Assembly: GCA_964187785.1 (NCBI GenBank)
Contig: OZ076409.1
Location: forward strand, 66,342,001 to 66,406,000
Direction of reading: 5' to 3'
Source: Amphiscolops sp. MND2022
Lineage: Eukaryota
DNA length: 64,000 nt
The translations under genes and the position numbers were made by a program. Each line of letters begins with the position of its first letter. Positions within the stretch are counted from its first letter, which is position 1. The notes beneath the pieces were generated by a model. The model saw only the letters and a list, made by a program, of their open reading frames with translations. It made no database searches and had not been told where the DNA came from. Shown here piece by piece: positions 24,501-37,220 of this stretch.

Positions 24501-26690
24501 AGTGCAGCATTTCGAATGGTCAGTGGCCTGCGACGAACTTTTCACCGTCACACTGGAGTTCTAGCGGCTTGTCAGCGACTGTTAGTATACAACACCTGGC
24601 TGTTTAAGTTTTTTTGAGTGTCCGTTTATGGACAGTTCCTTTTGTGATCGTAGATACTGCCAGTTTCGTCATCAATCTGCAGCAGCGCTGTGATGCCTCC
24701 TTTTACCTGTGTAGGATGGTCTGCAGGTTCATACATCGCCTTTGTTTGCGCTGTTACACCCTTGGCACTGTGCCTTGGAACATTCTTGGTTTATCCTTAT
24801 ACCCTTTAAGACCAGTCAGGGGCAGGTCACGGAAGAGGAAGATTTCCTGATACCACTGAAACTTACCAACAAGGGGGCGACTGCATGTGTAACAGCTGCT
24901 TGATCCCTTCAATTGACCAAACTTTACGCCGCCCTGAATTCGGTGCTCGGCACTGCGGATCGTTACCGAACACTGCTTGCTTCTTAGATTAAAAGGACTG
25001 TATCCTGACTTAGTAGGATCCAATGATCCCGAATTGCACTTCTTCCTCGTCTCTTAACGCGTCCAACTCTCCACAAGTTGAGAGTAACTAACTTAGTCGC
25101 CCTAAGTCTTTGGCGAAACGTCGAAAAGAGGTGAAGAAAAGAATTGAGAATTGAAATGGTCCAAAGACCCAACTTGAATACAACTTTCCAATCAATTTGT
25201 GCCTAACTAGTTATGGTATACATATCGTTTACAATTCTACAGTAAATGTAAGTCAAAATATGAAGTATAAATAAATGACATTTAGGTGAATTATTAAAGT
25301 TATTGGCTATGTCAACAAACCGTAGTGAGGGTATAGCATGTTGTTTAGGTGGGCTCTAAAGCATGTTTACACAATGTAAATATCATTAATTTCAACAGAA
25401 TTACATTTTCTTCAAGGTCGTATTAGAAAATCACATAATAATTTATAAATCAAATTTGGGTAATTCATGGGGTCTGACCTAGGTCATTTTGGGTGTTAAT
25501 AGCACGGAAACCAGGGGAGATACGGGGTTGGGTGTTCATGGTGAAAGTTAGGATATCACCATCACTATATGTGAGCCGAGTTTCAAGGTGATTGATGAAG
25601 TGGTTCATCGGGACGGGGGTTGGCCCTTTTTTACACCCGGCTAATTTTCCTAGAAGTTGCAATTTTCCAACCAAAATCTTGATAAATTTTCTAAGAGTTT
25701 TGAGATGTAAGTTTCATCAGTCACGTTCGAATTTGAACTTCTGATCTCGCAATTGACTGGCGCCAACAGCATGTGAGATCAAAGCTGAGGAAATGCTAGT
25801 TGAGAAGCAGTCAGACAAGGCCACCAAGCAAAAGACAATCAGCACTGTCAAATCTGACTTTGTTTCCAAGATGCTGCACTTCATCTGTTATTGGCTAGAC
25901 GGCATCCTACAACGGTCGGACCTCAACTCCAACTTAGTTGAAGGTTTAACAGCCTTTGACCCATTCATTAAGTTCAAGAGGCCCACTGATGTCGCTTTAC
26001 GCCATTTCGACCTTTCGTACAGCACCTTTCTTCTGCTCTCTCGGGTTACCAAGACAAACCAGACTTACTGCCGGGAAGAGTACAATACAGTTGCTTGGCC
26101 ATCTCCGGACTTCTCATCCAGCCAATTTTGATATTGCCAATGTGTCCTCGGACCTCATTGATTTCCTCATAGGAATCGATTTCCTTCCAGACCGAGCTCA
26201 ATTGTTGTCAAGCTATGTTGCCAATGCATCACCACCTGCAGCCCACAGTTGCCTGTCGTCTCTTTTGGGAGTGTTAATACAGATTAACAACAGAGCCGAC
26301 TTACTGATGTCATCCTGCCCAGTAAGAGTTATTTGTCTGGGGTACTTGATGCAACCTCAGTTTGCAGTCGTGACGACAGTCTGGCTAGGTTTTCCCTTCT
26401 TGCTACTGATTTCGGCAGATCGGCCATCGTTTCAGAATACGATCCCTGGACTTATGTAGACTCGTTTGGTGCTCCGAAATATACAAGGTTTTGACTTCGG
26501 CCTATAAGCCTGCTGCTGCCGGTCCCAAAGGAAACATCGTCTGAGCTGGATCCAAGAGTACAGGTTCAATTCCTGATCGGGCGACATTGACGTTGCCCTC
26601 CAGTTCTAAGAGGAGGCGGATGAGCAAGGCTAGTTCGAGCTCATCTGCGTCATCAACTGTCGGAGAGCCTCTGGAGGGATCCTCTAAAGA
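21580..26690 (+). pseudogene. Decayed spliced gene antisense to the LTR element, hAT-transposase-like
   Basis: P/S/T/E-rich N-terminus (ORFs 21473, 21799); zinc finger CHIC*KNFSIKTKG...LRH...KH (about 23095-23177); YCSVEFED...TVRIW block; LVEGLTAFDP and KLCCQCIT blocks; GT-AG introns about 23555/23559-23623 and 24105-24207. Start approximate. Confidence 0.6.
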
Positions 26691-26923
26691 CTTATTTTAC
26701 ATATGTGATTATGTACTTTTCAAACTGTAAACTTGTTGATTTCCGTTTTGTTTGTGTATATTTGTTTTCTGTTAATGTGCCCAATCAATGTATTTATCTC
26801 CGAAAAAGACTCTGGCGAATTGACCCCATGTTTAATTTCCCTAAAACTACAGTGGGTCAGAAGCAGAAAAGTAAAAAGATTCAAAAAGAAAGGAACGCTT
26901 GTTTGCGAGAGCAATTCAATTCT

Positions 26924-28457
26924 TTAGTATCTAAAGGCTTCTAAGTAGTTTGGGTTGAGGTTGGATTTGAGGTTATATTTCCCTACTAGTAATGAAATTT
27001 CCCAATTCTATCATTATTTTGGGATATTTCGGGCAAAATAATAACATCCCCACATTTGAAGGATTGTGTGAATCATTATCCTTAGAAGGATTTTCCTCTG
27101 TAAAAGTTGCACTGTTTTCTCAGTTTTCGATTGATTCGGCAAAGTTTTTTCTCGGAGTTTGGGGTGACGGCCGAATACGGCCAATCACATATTCGTTTTC
27201 TAGTCGTTTCACTTGCTTCATTTCTTTTGCTGACGTCATCGTCTAGCTTTCCACTTCGTCATTGCGCTGTCTCGTTTTCGTCATTTAGATCGCTTCGTGT
27301 TGTTATGTAAACCACTTCAGTTTCGTCTACGTCACTTGGTTCGTCGTTCGAACAACCGCCTCTTGGCAAGTAAGTCGGATTCGGCGCACCGCCTCGTGTT
27401 TCTAATTGGTCATTAAAATCTGATTCCCAAGTTATCGTGTAAGGATCGTCTTGCTGAATGATACTTTCCTCATCCGGCTGTAATTTCTCTTCACCATAGT
27501 TATCTTCAAGCAGTTGATTCGCAGAAAGTTTTTTGAGTCAAAAGCAAAGTAAAATCTGCGTTTTGATTCTGTTGAGTTGCTGTAACATTTAGCTTTGTTA
27601 GGTAACACTTTTTGTACTATAAAAAATCCTACCGAAAAGTGATTTTCGACCCTTGGTGATCCGTTTCAAGTGGAAAAACGAAACAACAGTCGTTTGCTCT
27701 GAGTGGAGCGTCTGGGCAATTCTGCAACTTAGTCAGTACGACGGCCACTGGCGTGTTTTGTTCTGGTGCAGGTAAGGTCGTGTCAAGGGAGTCATTGTGA
27801 TCACTGGACTGGTTCAGCGCCGTTCAGGACGGGATTAGTCCTGTAAGAAACTCAGGAACAGGATTTGGAGCTTCCTTGTCTCCTGTCGCCATGTAATAAG
27901 TATCCTCTTCATCTTCATCTCCTGTCAGAGTACGGGGAAACTCATCTGTCGAACTGTTTCTAGTTTTGCGGTTGAGATCGGATCTGTTTTCCGGTCTCTC
28001 AGTCGGAACGTTCCATCCCTGTTGGGGCGTTTGTCCGAAAACAGACCTTAGCGAGGCTTTAATTTGTCGCAAAACTTGTTCATTAATTGCTTCACTTATA
28101 GCCCTCTAAACATGTGAACTCACGTTACTGATCAGATCAATCATTTTTGAGTAATCTTTTGCATAAGCTCTCCTGACAGCCTATTTATCTCGTTACTAAA
28201 ATCTACAATCCTTGAATTGAGGCCATTTCAGGCAAACCTCCTGATCTCATTCTCACCAGCATTACAGTGAGAGTTCGTGTTGTGGTCTACTAATGCATCG
28301 AAACTAGGACTTTCAGGCCTTCCAGCTTAATTTCCAAACTCGCTATCCTCTCTTGCAAAGTGATTGCTACCAAGCATTATACCCATATTTTCTAAGTCTG
28401 ATAGAATCTCAGCTTCTCCAGATTTCCTAGCCTTTTTTGGTTCCTTGTAGTAAGCAT
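26924..28457 (-). pseudogene. gag N-terminus fused by deletion to integrase C-terminal tail
   Basis: ATG at 28457 (MLTTRNQKKARKS) inside the LTR; frame crosses the LTR end and PBS (EDTYY-MATGD); near 27735 it jumps to LRANDCCFVFPLETDHQGSKITF...IVQKVLPN; ends YNLKSNLNPNYLEAFRY*; no RT or RNase H motifs. Confidence 0.6.
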
Positions 28458-29499
28458 TTGAAATAGATCGATTTGAAATACTTGAACTCCAATCGAAAAA
28501 CTTGTATTCAGTGAGGTTTGAACGCTAATGTATTTCTGAATATTTGTGTCAGCCCCAGAGAGTTATGAGTAAATATACCCACTTCGGTATGACACTCACA
28601 TTTTTGTATTACAAAGTCAACACGCTTAACATGTTTTTAGTACTAGATTTCCTTAAACGGCACCTGGCTAAAATTACTAATTCACATCAAAGTGCCGGAG
28701 GATTTTAGATATCGCATCAATCTGAACACTACACATATGTCTGTGCAAACCTGCGTACCTCAGTGGTCATGTGTGGGTATTACTTTACAAAACTTGCGTA
28801 AACAGATTAGTATCACTATGGTCTAATGGGACTTTCTGGTTAAGGGAATGCATGCGTCTCATGGCCTGCACCTGCTGATGGACAGGTACTTGGTCTTTTA
28901 TGTTAATGAGCATCAGTCAACTTAAAGGGCAACAGCAGACATTTAGGGGTACAAATATGCACTTCTTCATTTAACACAAGTGAAGGGAAAGGTATCATCA
29001 GCACAGCACGCAGGTACTATTTGGTGTTTGATCGCAATTTGGCTTGATCCGGCCATTTGCCTGATTTTGGTATGATAGCAGCGTAGTTTAGTCAAATGTT
29101 CTAATACGAAAATTACACAGAAATACAATAAAAGCACAATGAATGGTTAGCTCTTATTGGCTATTTGTCTAATTTCAAGCAACGACGTAGAGAGAGTACT
29201 TTAGAACACTTAAACTCGTTTCCTTTACGTTGTTAAGTTTGAATAAAACTTATCAGGTATTCAGCAGCTTTCTTATCATATTTTGAGAAACTCAACCAGC
29301 AATGTTAACAGACTAATTTAAGCACTTAACTCAACAGTTTTAAAACCATATCAAAACAGGTTGTAATAACTCCAGAAGGTAAATCAGTTCTTACTAACAT
29401 AATAAAAGTTCTAATAAGTAGGAAGCGTCCTTGAGACAATTTCCTGTCCCACTGCTGTTGTAGAATACTGTGTGCCATCACAGGCGGCAGTCTGCGACA
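27892..29499 (-). repeat. Long LTR, 5' copy (1608 bp)
   Basis: Minus strand begins tgtcgc and ends ttaca, immediately followed by TGG PBS; same termini as solo LTR 59561-61280. Confidence 0.85.
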
Positions 29500-29585
29500 G
29501 CAAGCCATGGAACAATATTTGCAGCTTGAAGCTAAGGTTTCAAATGGATATGCTCAAGGTCACAAAGTTCTGACTGCGCACTGTA

Positions 29586-30113
29586 TTTAGTCAGCAACTT
29601 TTCCATAAGAAAAAAAGCCCGACTATTTCAGTGGGTAGTTTTTTTCTTTTTCAGCTGACAATCTCACTCTGAAGGGTCCCTTCTTTACAATCTTTTGTTC
29701 TTTGTTCAACTAATTTTCTGGGAAGCAAGAGATCGTGGGTTCGATTCTCGCACTAAACCATTAATTTTTTTACTTCCAATAGTAGAGGCGAGACCAAAGT
29801 GTCCCCCTTTAGTTTTTTTCGGCACTATGCCACTTTTTCTCGAAAATTTTCCAATTCTAACAAAGGGTACCCCCTCGCAGTTTTTTTAAGTTTTCGCTTT
29901 GTAAATACGTTTATTGAGACTGAATGGCCTCTTTTTGAGATTTTCGGCATCGTGCGATTTTTTTAAAAAATACTTTTTTTTGAATAAAAATTAATTTTTC
30001 CAAAAATATTTTTTTCGAAATAAAAATATATTTTTTCCAAATGTTTCCAACTGTTGTTCCTTGAATATTTTTGAGCCTTAGATATGGCGCCGACTTGGGA
30101 CGTTGCTGTCTTG
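29586..30113 (+). mobile_element. HINE-like family A copy
   Basis: tttagtcagc start, gggttcgattctc, 3' gagccttagatatggcgccgacttggg...cttg. Confidence 0.65.
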
Positions 30114-31703
30114 CTATTCTCAATTTTTTCATCTCGAGTGATTGCATTTTCTTTTTGTTTTTGAGTTTTGAGCTATGGACGAAAAACTATTTCTCCAAAC
30201 CTACTTCAGACAGTTGTTTGATTTTTACTTGGAAACAATAAAAAGACTCTAGGCTATAGTTTCGCAGTATTTTTGTTCGGAAAAACATTCTGCTTCATAA
30301 AGTTATTGGGATAAACAGCGTTAAACGTGGGTACAGGACAACAATTTTTTGAGAAGTTCTTATTTTCGTGGTTTTTTGACACACTTTAAGAGCACGATTT
30401 TTTGGTTGTCATGCATAGCTGTTAAGCAAGACTGCAATATACTACCGATGCATTCGCTGAGATGAAGTTTGGACCTAGAAAGTTTTTCGAGCATAACAAC
30501 AATCATCAATTGTAAAAAGCATGAGTTTTTGGACCCTCCTGTTTCCTGACTTTTCGAGGTCCTCCAACAGCCTCGTTTTGATAGTTTTACATACGTAGCA
30601 ATTGAACGGGTCTTTTAAAAACCATTTAGTGATAGAAAAATTGCAACCACTAAGTTTTTTTGGCTGAAATAGTATCGAAAAGAAGAAGTTGACCTTTTCT
30701 ACTCATTGCTGCAGGTTTTGTTCCTCTCATCAGAGACACTCTTTCTGACGTTTAATAAAGTGCAGTAGATTCCCAGGTTTCCAGCGAGATCTTTGGAAGT
30801 ACTTCCTTGCGGTTCAACTGCGACCACGTAGTTTCAAAGTATTATACCCGCTTTTTCTCAATGAAGTTCACTTTTTCTTCAGTTGTTCAATCATTTCTTT
30901 CATCCCAATTATTTCAACATTCCCAATTTTCAAAAACCTCCTGCGAGGCGTACAACAAACAAGATGAGTTTCTTTTCAGACTAAGTGAGTTCAGACAGGA
31001 TTCCGGCCATAATGGTTTTTCCCAGTAAAATTACAACGCCAGCAAAACATAGCGCCAAAATCGCAAAAGATGGGACCCTTTGGGCATTTTTGTCGTCCAG
31101 TTGTGTCATGGAAGGGGCTAGAAAATATATCCCAGAAAAGCCAGTAAAACCGATGGGATAGATACCGAAAATGCGTTTCCATGCCAAACATTTCACGCCA
31201 TTTTTTTAAAACCATGAAGCTATTGAATTTTTGAAAACTTTCATCGAATTTGTGACCCGCAATTTGTTCAGCGTACGTACTGTATATTTCTTCGGATTGC
31301 TGCACTATTCTCAGTCTGACAATTTTTCAGGCTGACAAAATTAAAAGTTCTGCGATTTTCAAAAAAGCTAAAGTGACGTTTAGAACATGATTTTACCGAG
31401 AATAACAAGATATGGTTTCAACAAGAAACGAAATTGTTTCCGAATTGTCTCACCTCAGTTTCCAGATCAAGCACTCTAAAGTGAAATATCTTTTTGTTCA
31501 TCAAAATTATTTACTGAAAAAAGAGTATTTTTTCAAAAGGTGATTTGACCTAACAGCACGCATTTTTTGTCGCATTTCTTCGAAAGAAGCACAAGCTTTA
31601 GATTTGTTTTTCATTGATTAGGAGAAATAATGGTTTGAAGTTTAAAAGTCAGAAAAATGCCAAAATGGGAACATAAAAATGTTATTACGACTATGAAACA
31701 CTA

Positions 31704-32540
31704 TTGGCGAATATACTTTGCTCTGTTCGCTTAACATATAATAATCTTCAAGATGATTTGGATAGAGTGATTGACTGGTTTTCATTCAACAAACTAAGTG
31801 TTAACACTTCAAAATGTGAAAGCATGCACTTTGGCTGCGGCATATCGAAACATCTTACTATTTTGAATGAAAACGTGGGTATGAAAACGCATTGCAAATA
31901 TCTTGGACTTTACATTGATTCTAAATTGACTTTTAGAGAACACATCAAATATGTATCGAAGAAATTGAACAAGTTTTGCGGATTAATATATCGCATACGA
32001 GATTTGTACCCGATTAAATGCCTACTTACGTTTTACGAATCTTACGCAAAATCAGTAATTACTTATGGGTTATTAGTTTATGGTAGTGCCTGCAAATCCA
32101 ATCTTGAAGAAATTGAAATGGCTCAACGTAGAATAATCAGAGCTATTTTTTTCCGAAAAAAGTATGACAGCATTAAAGACATTTTTGAAAGGAAACAAAT
32201 TTTAACTGTGTTTGAATTGTATGTCAATGAAATTTTTCGCGAAGTTTTCTACCAATTACGGTCCGAATCGCCGGTCATTTTTTTGAATAAGGGATTTGTA
32301 AATAAATATGACACACGAAGCGCTCGTAAAGGACATTTACAAACAAGCTACTGCAGAACGGTTGCAAAATCAAAATCGATACAGAATGTGTTGACTAAAG
32401 GTCATAACTGGCTGAAAACATTCAACTTAATTCCTGAAAATCTAACAAAAATGACTAGCAAGCAAGCTGCAAGCTATCTCAGGGTTTTAAGAGATTTGTA
32501 TATAGCAGGTGATAGTAATATAGTTTCTATTTTCTTCTGA
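31704..32540 (+). pseudogene. LINE ORF2 fragment, C-terminal to the RT active site
   Basis: LQDDLDRVIDWFSFNKLSVNTSK, KYLGLYIDSKLTFREHI, ITYGLLVYGSA, QRRIIRAI; no YADD or endonuclease domain; first about 10 codons are probably flank. Confidence 0.88.
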
Positions 32541-32766
32541 ATGATAAAAATCAACTATTTCACAAAGAAGGCAAATATCTTTCGCATTTTTGTTCGGCAT
32601 TGCCTTTGGCTATGGATGGTTCTGGAGGGCAGAGGCTTGAAGAGTTAATCAGCTCATCTTCTGTCCCTTTTGAGTATGGATAATTTTGTTTTTGTTTTCA
32701 ATGATGATATTTGCTATACTCAAATAAATAAACTTTCTTCTTTCTTTCTTCTTCTTTCTTCTTCTT
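31735..32766 (+). mobile_element. 5'-truncated LINE (CR1/L2-group-like)
   Basis: Open RT C-terminal frame to 32540, 3'UTR with AATAAA, (TTC/TTTC)n tail 32733-32766; 5' junction approximate. Confidence 0.88.
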
Positions 32767-32786
32767 AAAAACGATCAGTATTAAAA

Positions 32787-33222
32787 AACAAGTCGGCGCA
32801 ATCAATGACGCAATCATGATATTTAAGGCTGAATAAGCGCAAAGTTTTCAAAATTGTAAAAAGGGGACCCTTTGGGTTTTTTGAAGATCAAGATGTTGCA
32901 AAATATCAAACCAAATTGAAGGGGGGACCTTTTGTAGAAAAAAAAATCGAAAAAAAACTCGCACAATGCCAAAAAAATTTACAGGGGGGGCCAATATTGT
33001 TTTCCGGTTTTGTATCTTACTTTGAAAATGAAACAAATGAAGGGGAGGCCCTTTGGACTAACTTAGATGTGTTTCCGGTTGCTGGTCCAGTAGTTTTATA
33101 GTTCTGTAAAAAAAAGTTTTGTAGTTTTTCCACTGTGCATACATTCTGTTGTCTGATGAAAATAAAATTGTCACGGTAAAACTCGGGCTCTTTTACCTGA
33201 AGGAAAACGCGTCGACTAAAAA
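32787..33222 (-). mobile_element. HINE-like family A copy, reverse orientation
   Basis: aacaagtcggcgc at left, gcgtcgactaaaaa at right, internal aaggggaccc motifs. Confidence 0.6.
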
Positions 33223-35987
33223 CGACTACAGAGCTTCATGAGGAAACAAATCGTCAATGCAAATTATGATTATGCCACAAGTTGTTTTGAAAACTGATTA
33301 GATTTGATTATATCATTTTTGTTGAATGTGCATGTTTTCAAAATATGAAGGAAAAACGCAAACTTCTGATTTGACATTTTGAAGCAAGCAAGCTCTAGGG
33401 TGTAATAAATTCAGGTTTCGAGGGTAGAGATAATTTCCCAAGTATCTATCCCTAAAACAAAGGTTTTTGTTTGGTCTATAAGCTTGCTGCATCTATGACT
33501 GGTTTCGCTAGTTCTGTTCCCATTTTGGTCTTCGTCTCAATTTGATTGATCAAGAATTACACATTGTAAAACCCTAAAAACCTCCGATATTGATACTTAC
33601 ATCGACATTGTACCAAGTTCAATCAAATATAACAGACTGACCAAATATGAGATCCAAAATTCAGTCATTTGGACAATTTCAGTGCTCGAGCTCCGCGAGC
33701 TGCAAACTATCTCTATTTCTTCTTTCTCTGAGTCAGTAGCAGACTCTAAATTCTCCAAACAATCATTGCTAGTACCTTTTAGTGCCTCAGTGAGACTCAA
33801 TTTGTTCCTAGCTCTTTAACTCGGTTTTGGTTAGTCAACTATATTTAAATTACTCCACAGGTATATTTCGGCAGTGCACTAAAAAAATTATATACTCTAC
33901 CGTCTCTTGCACAAAGTTCTTTAACTTGGCTAAGATTCACTTTCCGTGATAATTCAAGTTTTCCAAGGCGAGAAGATTACTCAATGACTTCGCTTCTATG
34001 GTTTACCTGTTTCCTTTCATTTGTGTAGCACGTGAGGAGTCTTCTTCTAGCAGTATGAACTAAGAACACCTCGAACTTCTCCATTGGAAGACACTGCCGG
34101 TTTGACAAGCCATAAAGTACATTTTCAAAATTCCCAAGAATCGCAGGTATAGTGACCTTAACATCGCCCGTGACTTTGAGGTTTTTATGAGTCATCCATC
34201 GCTGCTTTATTCCGAATGATGGAGTCCTAATATTGATGATTTCGGAGTTACATTATCTGCGCATGGTTTGTTTGCTTCAAACTGTCACTCCTGGATAGGT
34301 TACTGATACAGCTGTGCACTCGGTAGCAATCGACTACTTTCGTAATTGTGACATCACAACCAATGTCAAGTGACTATTCTTCAGGGCGCTCCTCTACTTC
34401 AGTTGATTTGAACAATTTCGTTGCTGGCGTTAATACTGAACCCTTCATTTAAATAATCCAGAAGTGTCTTTCATTAAGCAAACACAAGGTTTCCCTTCAC
34501 TCAATGGTCAGCCTTTTCAGCCACTTTTACTAAACCAGCGGCTTTAGAAACTGCAATCGGTCTGCCTATAGTCTGGGTTTTGCACATAAAGCATGGGATT
34601 TTTGATGAATTGCAAAAATTTTAAAATACTACATAGGACTTCTGTCCGTTTCAAAAAAAGCTAATCAATGATCAAACTACTTTATCAAAATGTCACAAAC
34701 CATATCGTCAATAAAAGCGCAAACAAAAACTCCAATAAGTTCCACTGAATATTCCGAGTTTTTTCCGAGCAATTGATCTCGAGAAACGATCTTGAAGAAG
34801 TTCGTTTTTATGTAACTTGTGCTTAAGATTTTCGTGAGATTCTGGGATCAAGTTCAGATCATCGGAGTTTTTTCACTAAGTTGAAATTTAAGAGCTTCGG
34901 TAGTTGTTCAGGAGTGAGTTGAAAACTGGCGTAGGCGACAAAACTGTTATTAAGTCGACAAGGAACCGAAACTTGATTAGTTGGGAACAAAAACCAAGAC
35001 CCGGGCCACAATTCAAGTATATTTTTTAAAAAACATGACATATTTGTCACAAAAAATTAACTCGCGTGAGTTGAAAAGTTGTGGTAGAATGCAGCTGTGC
35101 ATTTACATTAATTCATGGCGAAATTTGCAAAAAGTTTTTGTTTTGTTTTCAATAATGCATGATTTTTTCAATACGTGCACGACATAGAAGTAATGACATT
35201 TGAAATATCAAAAATTACTTATAATATCATTTTCACTGATCGGTGTTAGATTTCAAAAAACGTGACTTTAATAAAGTACGTTTTTTTGTGGTTCACTAAA
35301 TAATGGATCGAACGATTTGCGGAAGATTTCGTTCCAAAATGCAAAGAAATGAATTGGATAATGAAGCGAGTCGCTACTGACTGTCTTTTAGGAAAAATTG
35401 TAGAGCATTTTGATGCTCTTGAACGAAAGCATATCGGCGCTGGCTACAAAAGTGAAGCATCGCTGAAACAGTTTGAATAGTTTGAGTGTTTTGCGTGACG
35501 CTTTGATACGGATCGCTGAAATAAAAGTAATGCATACAATTTACTATAACGGCGTTATGCAGTTGTTTTTTGACGAACGAGGCTGGTTTTAACGAAAACT
35601 GGCTATTACACTATGAAGCAAAATAACACTTTGCAGGAAAGATGGAAAAGATGTATGCCACGCCGCTAAGTTAGCTGTGTGCATTCATGTACATTCATAG
35701 AGTATTTTTAGTTGTAAGAGGCAACAGATGTCATGTTCAAAACAAATTCATTGCATACATATAATTCCTACTCAAACAATGATGTGGAGATGAACGCAGT
35801 TTTGTTGCATACATTAGTTCAACTTTTTCACCATGCTTTGAGCACATGTTGGCTGAAATACCATGCAACAACCGGTTAATGCTAGAACTTGCTGTTACAC
35901 AACTTCTTCAGCTCCATAAAAATTTCGCGTCCAAAACTACATATCAAATTACTACAAACGACAAACTGTCAAGTTTTTGTACCCGTC

Positions 35988-36680
35988 ATGAATTTTTACG
36001 GCGGGGGCGCGAGGGGACATTTTTATCATCACGATTCCATAAAACCGCCACCTGATCCTCGTGGTAAGCCTAACATTCCCAATGGAGCAGGTTTGCACCA
36101 TGATGCTCTGTTTGGGCCAAACCCCACAGGCTCAGGATTTGCCAAGCCATCCAATGATATAAAAAACCCAATGCCCAATTTTTATCAACCTTTGCCTCAA
36201 CAAGCTAAACCTAATAATGCCAGTAACCTGCAAAGATTTAGATCTCAACCAGACTTGTTAACTTTATCAAACGATTACAACAAACCTCCTGATCACACTC
36301 AAAACCCCCGAAACTTACCCTCAAGTTTCAGAGATCCGTTTCGAGATCCCTTCAATACCAACACAATCCAGAGACAGCCGAATTACCCTTCGTCTCAGCC
36401 TCAAACTAGAGCCGATCCCAATTCGTTTCCGGATAGAAAAGACTACAATTCTCTCCGCCTACCACCTCCGAACCCGTCAATGCAGAGATGGGCTTCTTCT
36501 GACAATATAAACCGCAGACCTACTCAAGACTTCTCGAATCATCATCCTGCTTTTCAGACTGATAAGTTCCAAAACATGAATGTTTCGAACCCATACTCCA
36601 CACTTCCGAATTATAACGGGCTGCGTTATCCCCAGCAATACCCCACCCCGTCTAATGGATTACGAACTTTACCACATTCT
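35988..36680 (+). CDS. Probable first coding exon of a multi-exon PDZ-domain gene (P/N/Q-rich)
   Basis: 231 open codons from ATG (MNFYGGG...LPHS), donor gttagt at 36681, phase 0. Confidence 0.75.
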
Positions 36681-36716
36681 GTTAGTGGCATTTTGCATTT
36701 TTAATGATCAAATGAG

Positions 36717-37220
36717 CGTACGGTGACAACTCTTATTAATTGACAATTCATATCAATCGATAACTCATATTAAACAAAATTCATACCAGAAAGTTAAATC
36801 CTATATCAGAAAAGGGTAATGAGAATTTATTAAAGATAATCTATTAATAATTAGAGAAAGCTAGCCAATTTATGAGCAATACTTGGACATTATAACATAG
36901 TATCAAGATTTCATGGTAAATATCAAAGCCTTGGATATTCATTTCATTATCACACTTTGATCTACAGGTTTGCAGAGAAAATATTCTTGAGCGATACGAC
37001 ATTACTCGTAACGAATTTCGGAATTTCTAATCAGAGCTAGTTATAAAATGCTTTCGAAGTATAATTTTGTTTTTTGTAACCAATTGACAAACCTGATACG
37101 AGTTGTCGTATTTTCCTAATTTCGTATGAATTATCGCTTGATGTCAGTTGTCGACTTTTTAAATTGATATGGGTTGTCGCCTGATATGAGTTGTCGCTGG
37201 ATATGAGTTGTAGCTATGCC
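36717..37220. mobile_element. MITE, same family as 16972-17720
   Basis: cgtacggtgacaactc...gagttgtagctatgcc; 8-bp flanks caaatgag / caaataag (1 mismatch). Confidence 0.75.

Larger units (their letters stand above)
18608..29499 (-). mobile_element. Non-autonomous, possibly chimeric Ty3/gypsy-like LTR element carrying accessory genes
   Basis: Two related LTRs of about 1.6 kb in the same orientation; PBS-like tggcgacaggag next to the 5' LTR (27880-27891); PPT-like gaggagggaag (20265-20275); gag and integrase C-terminal remnants; no matching TSD. Confidence 0.7.

Noticed and set aside
33550..34560. Possible heavily decayed retroelement integrase on the minus strand
   Set aside because: Only scattered short motif hints across frames; no LTRs seen
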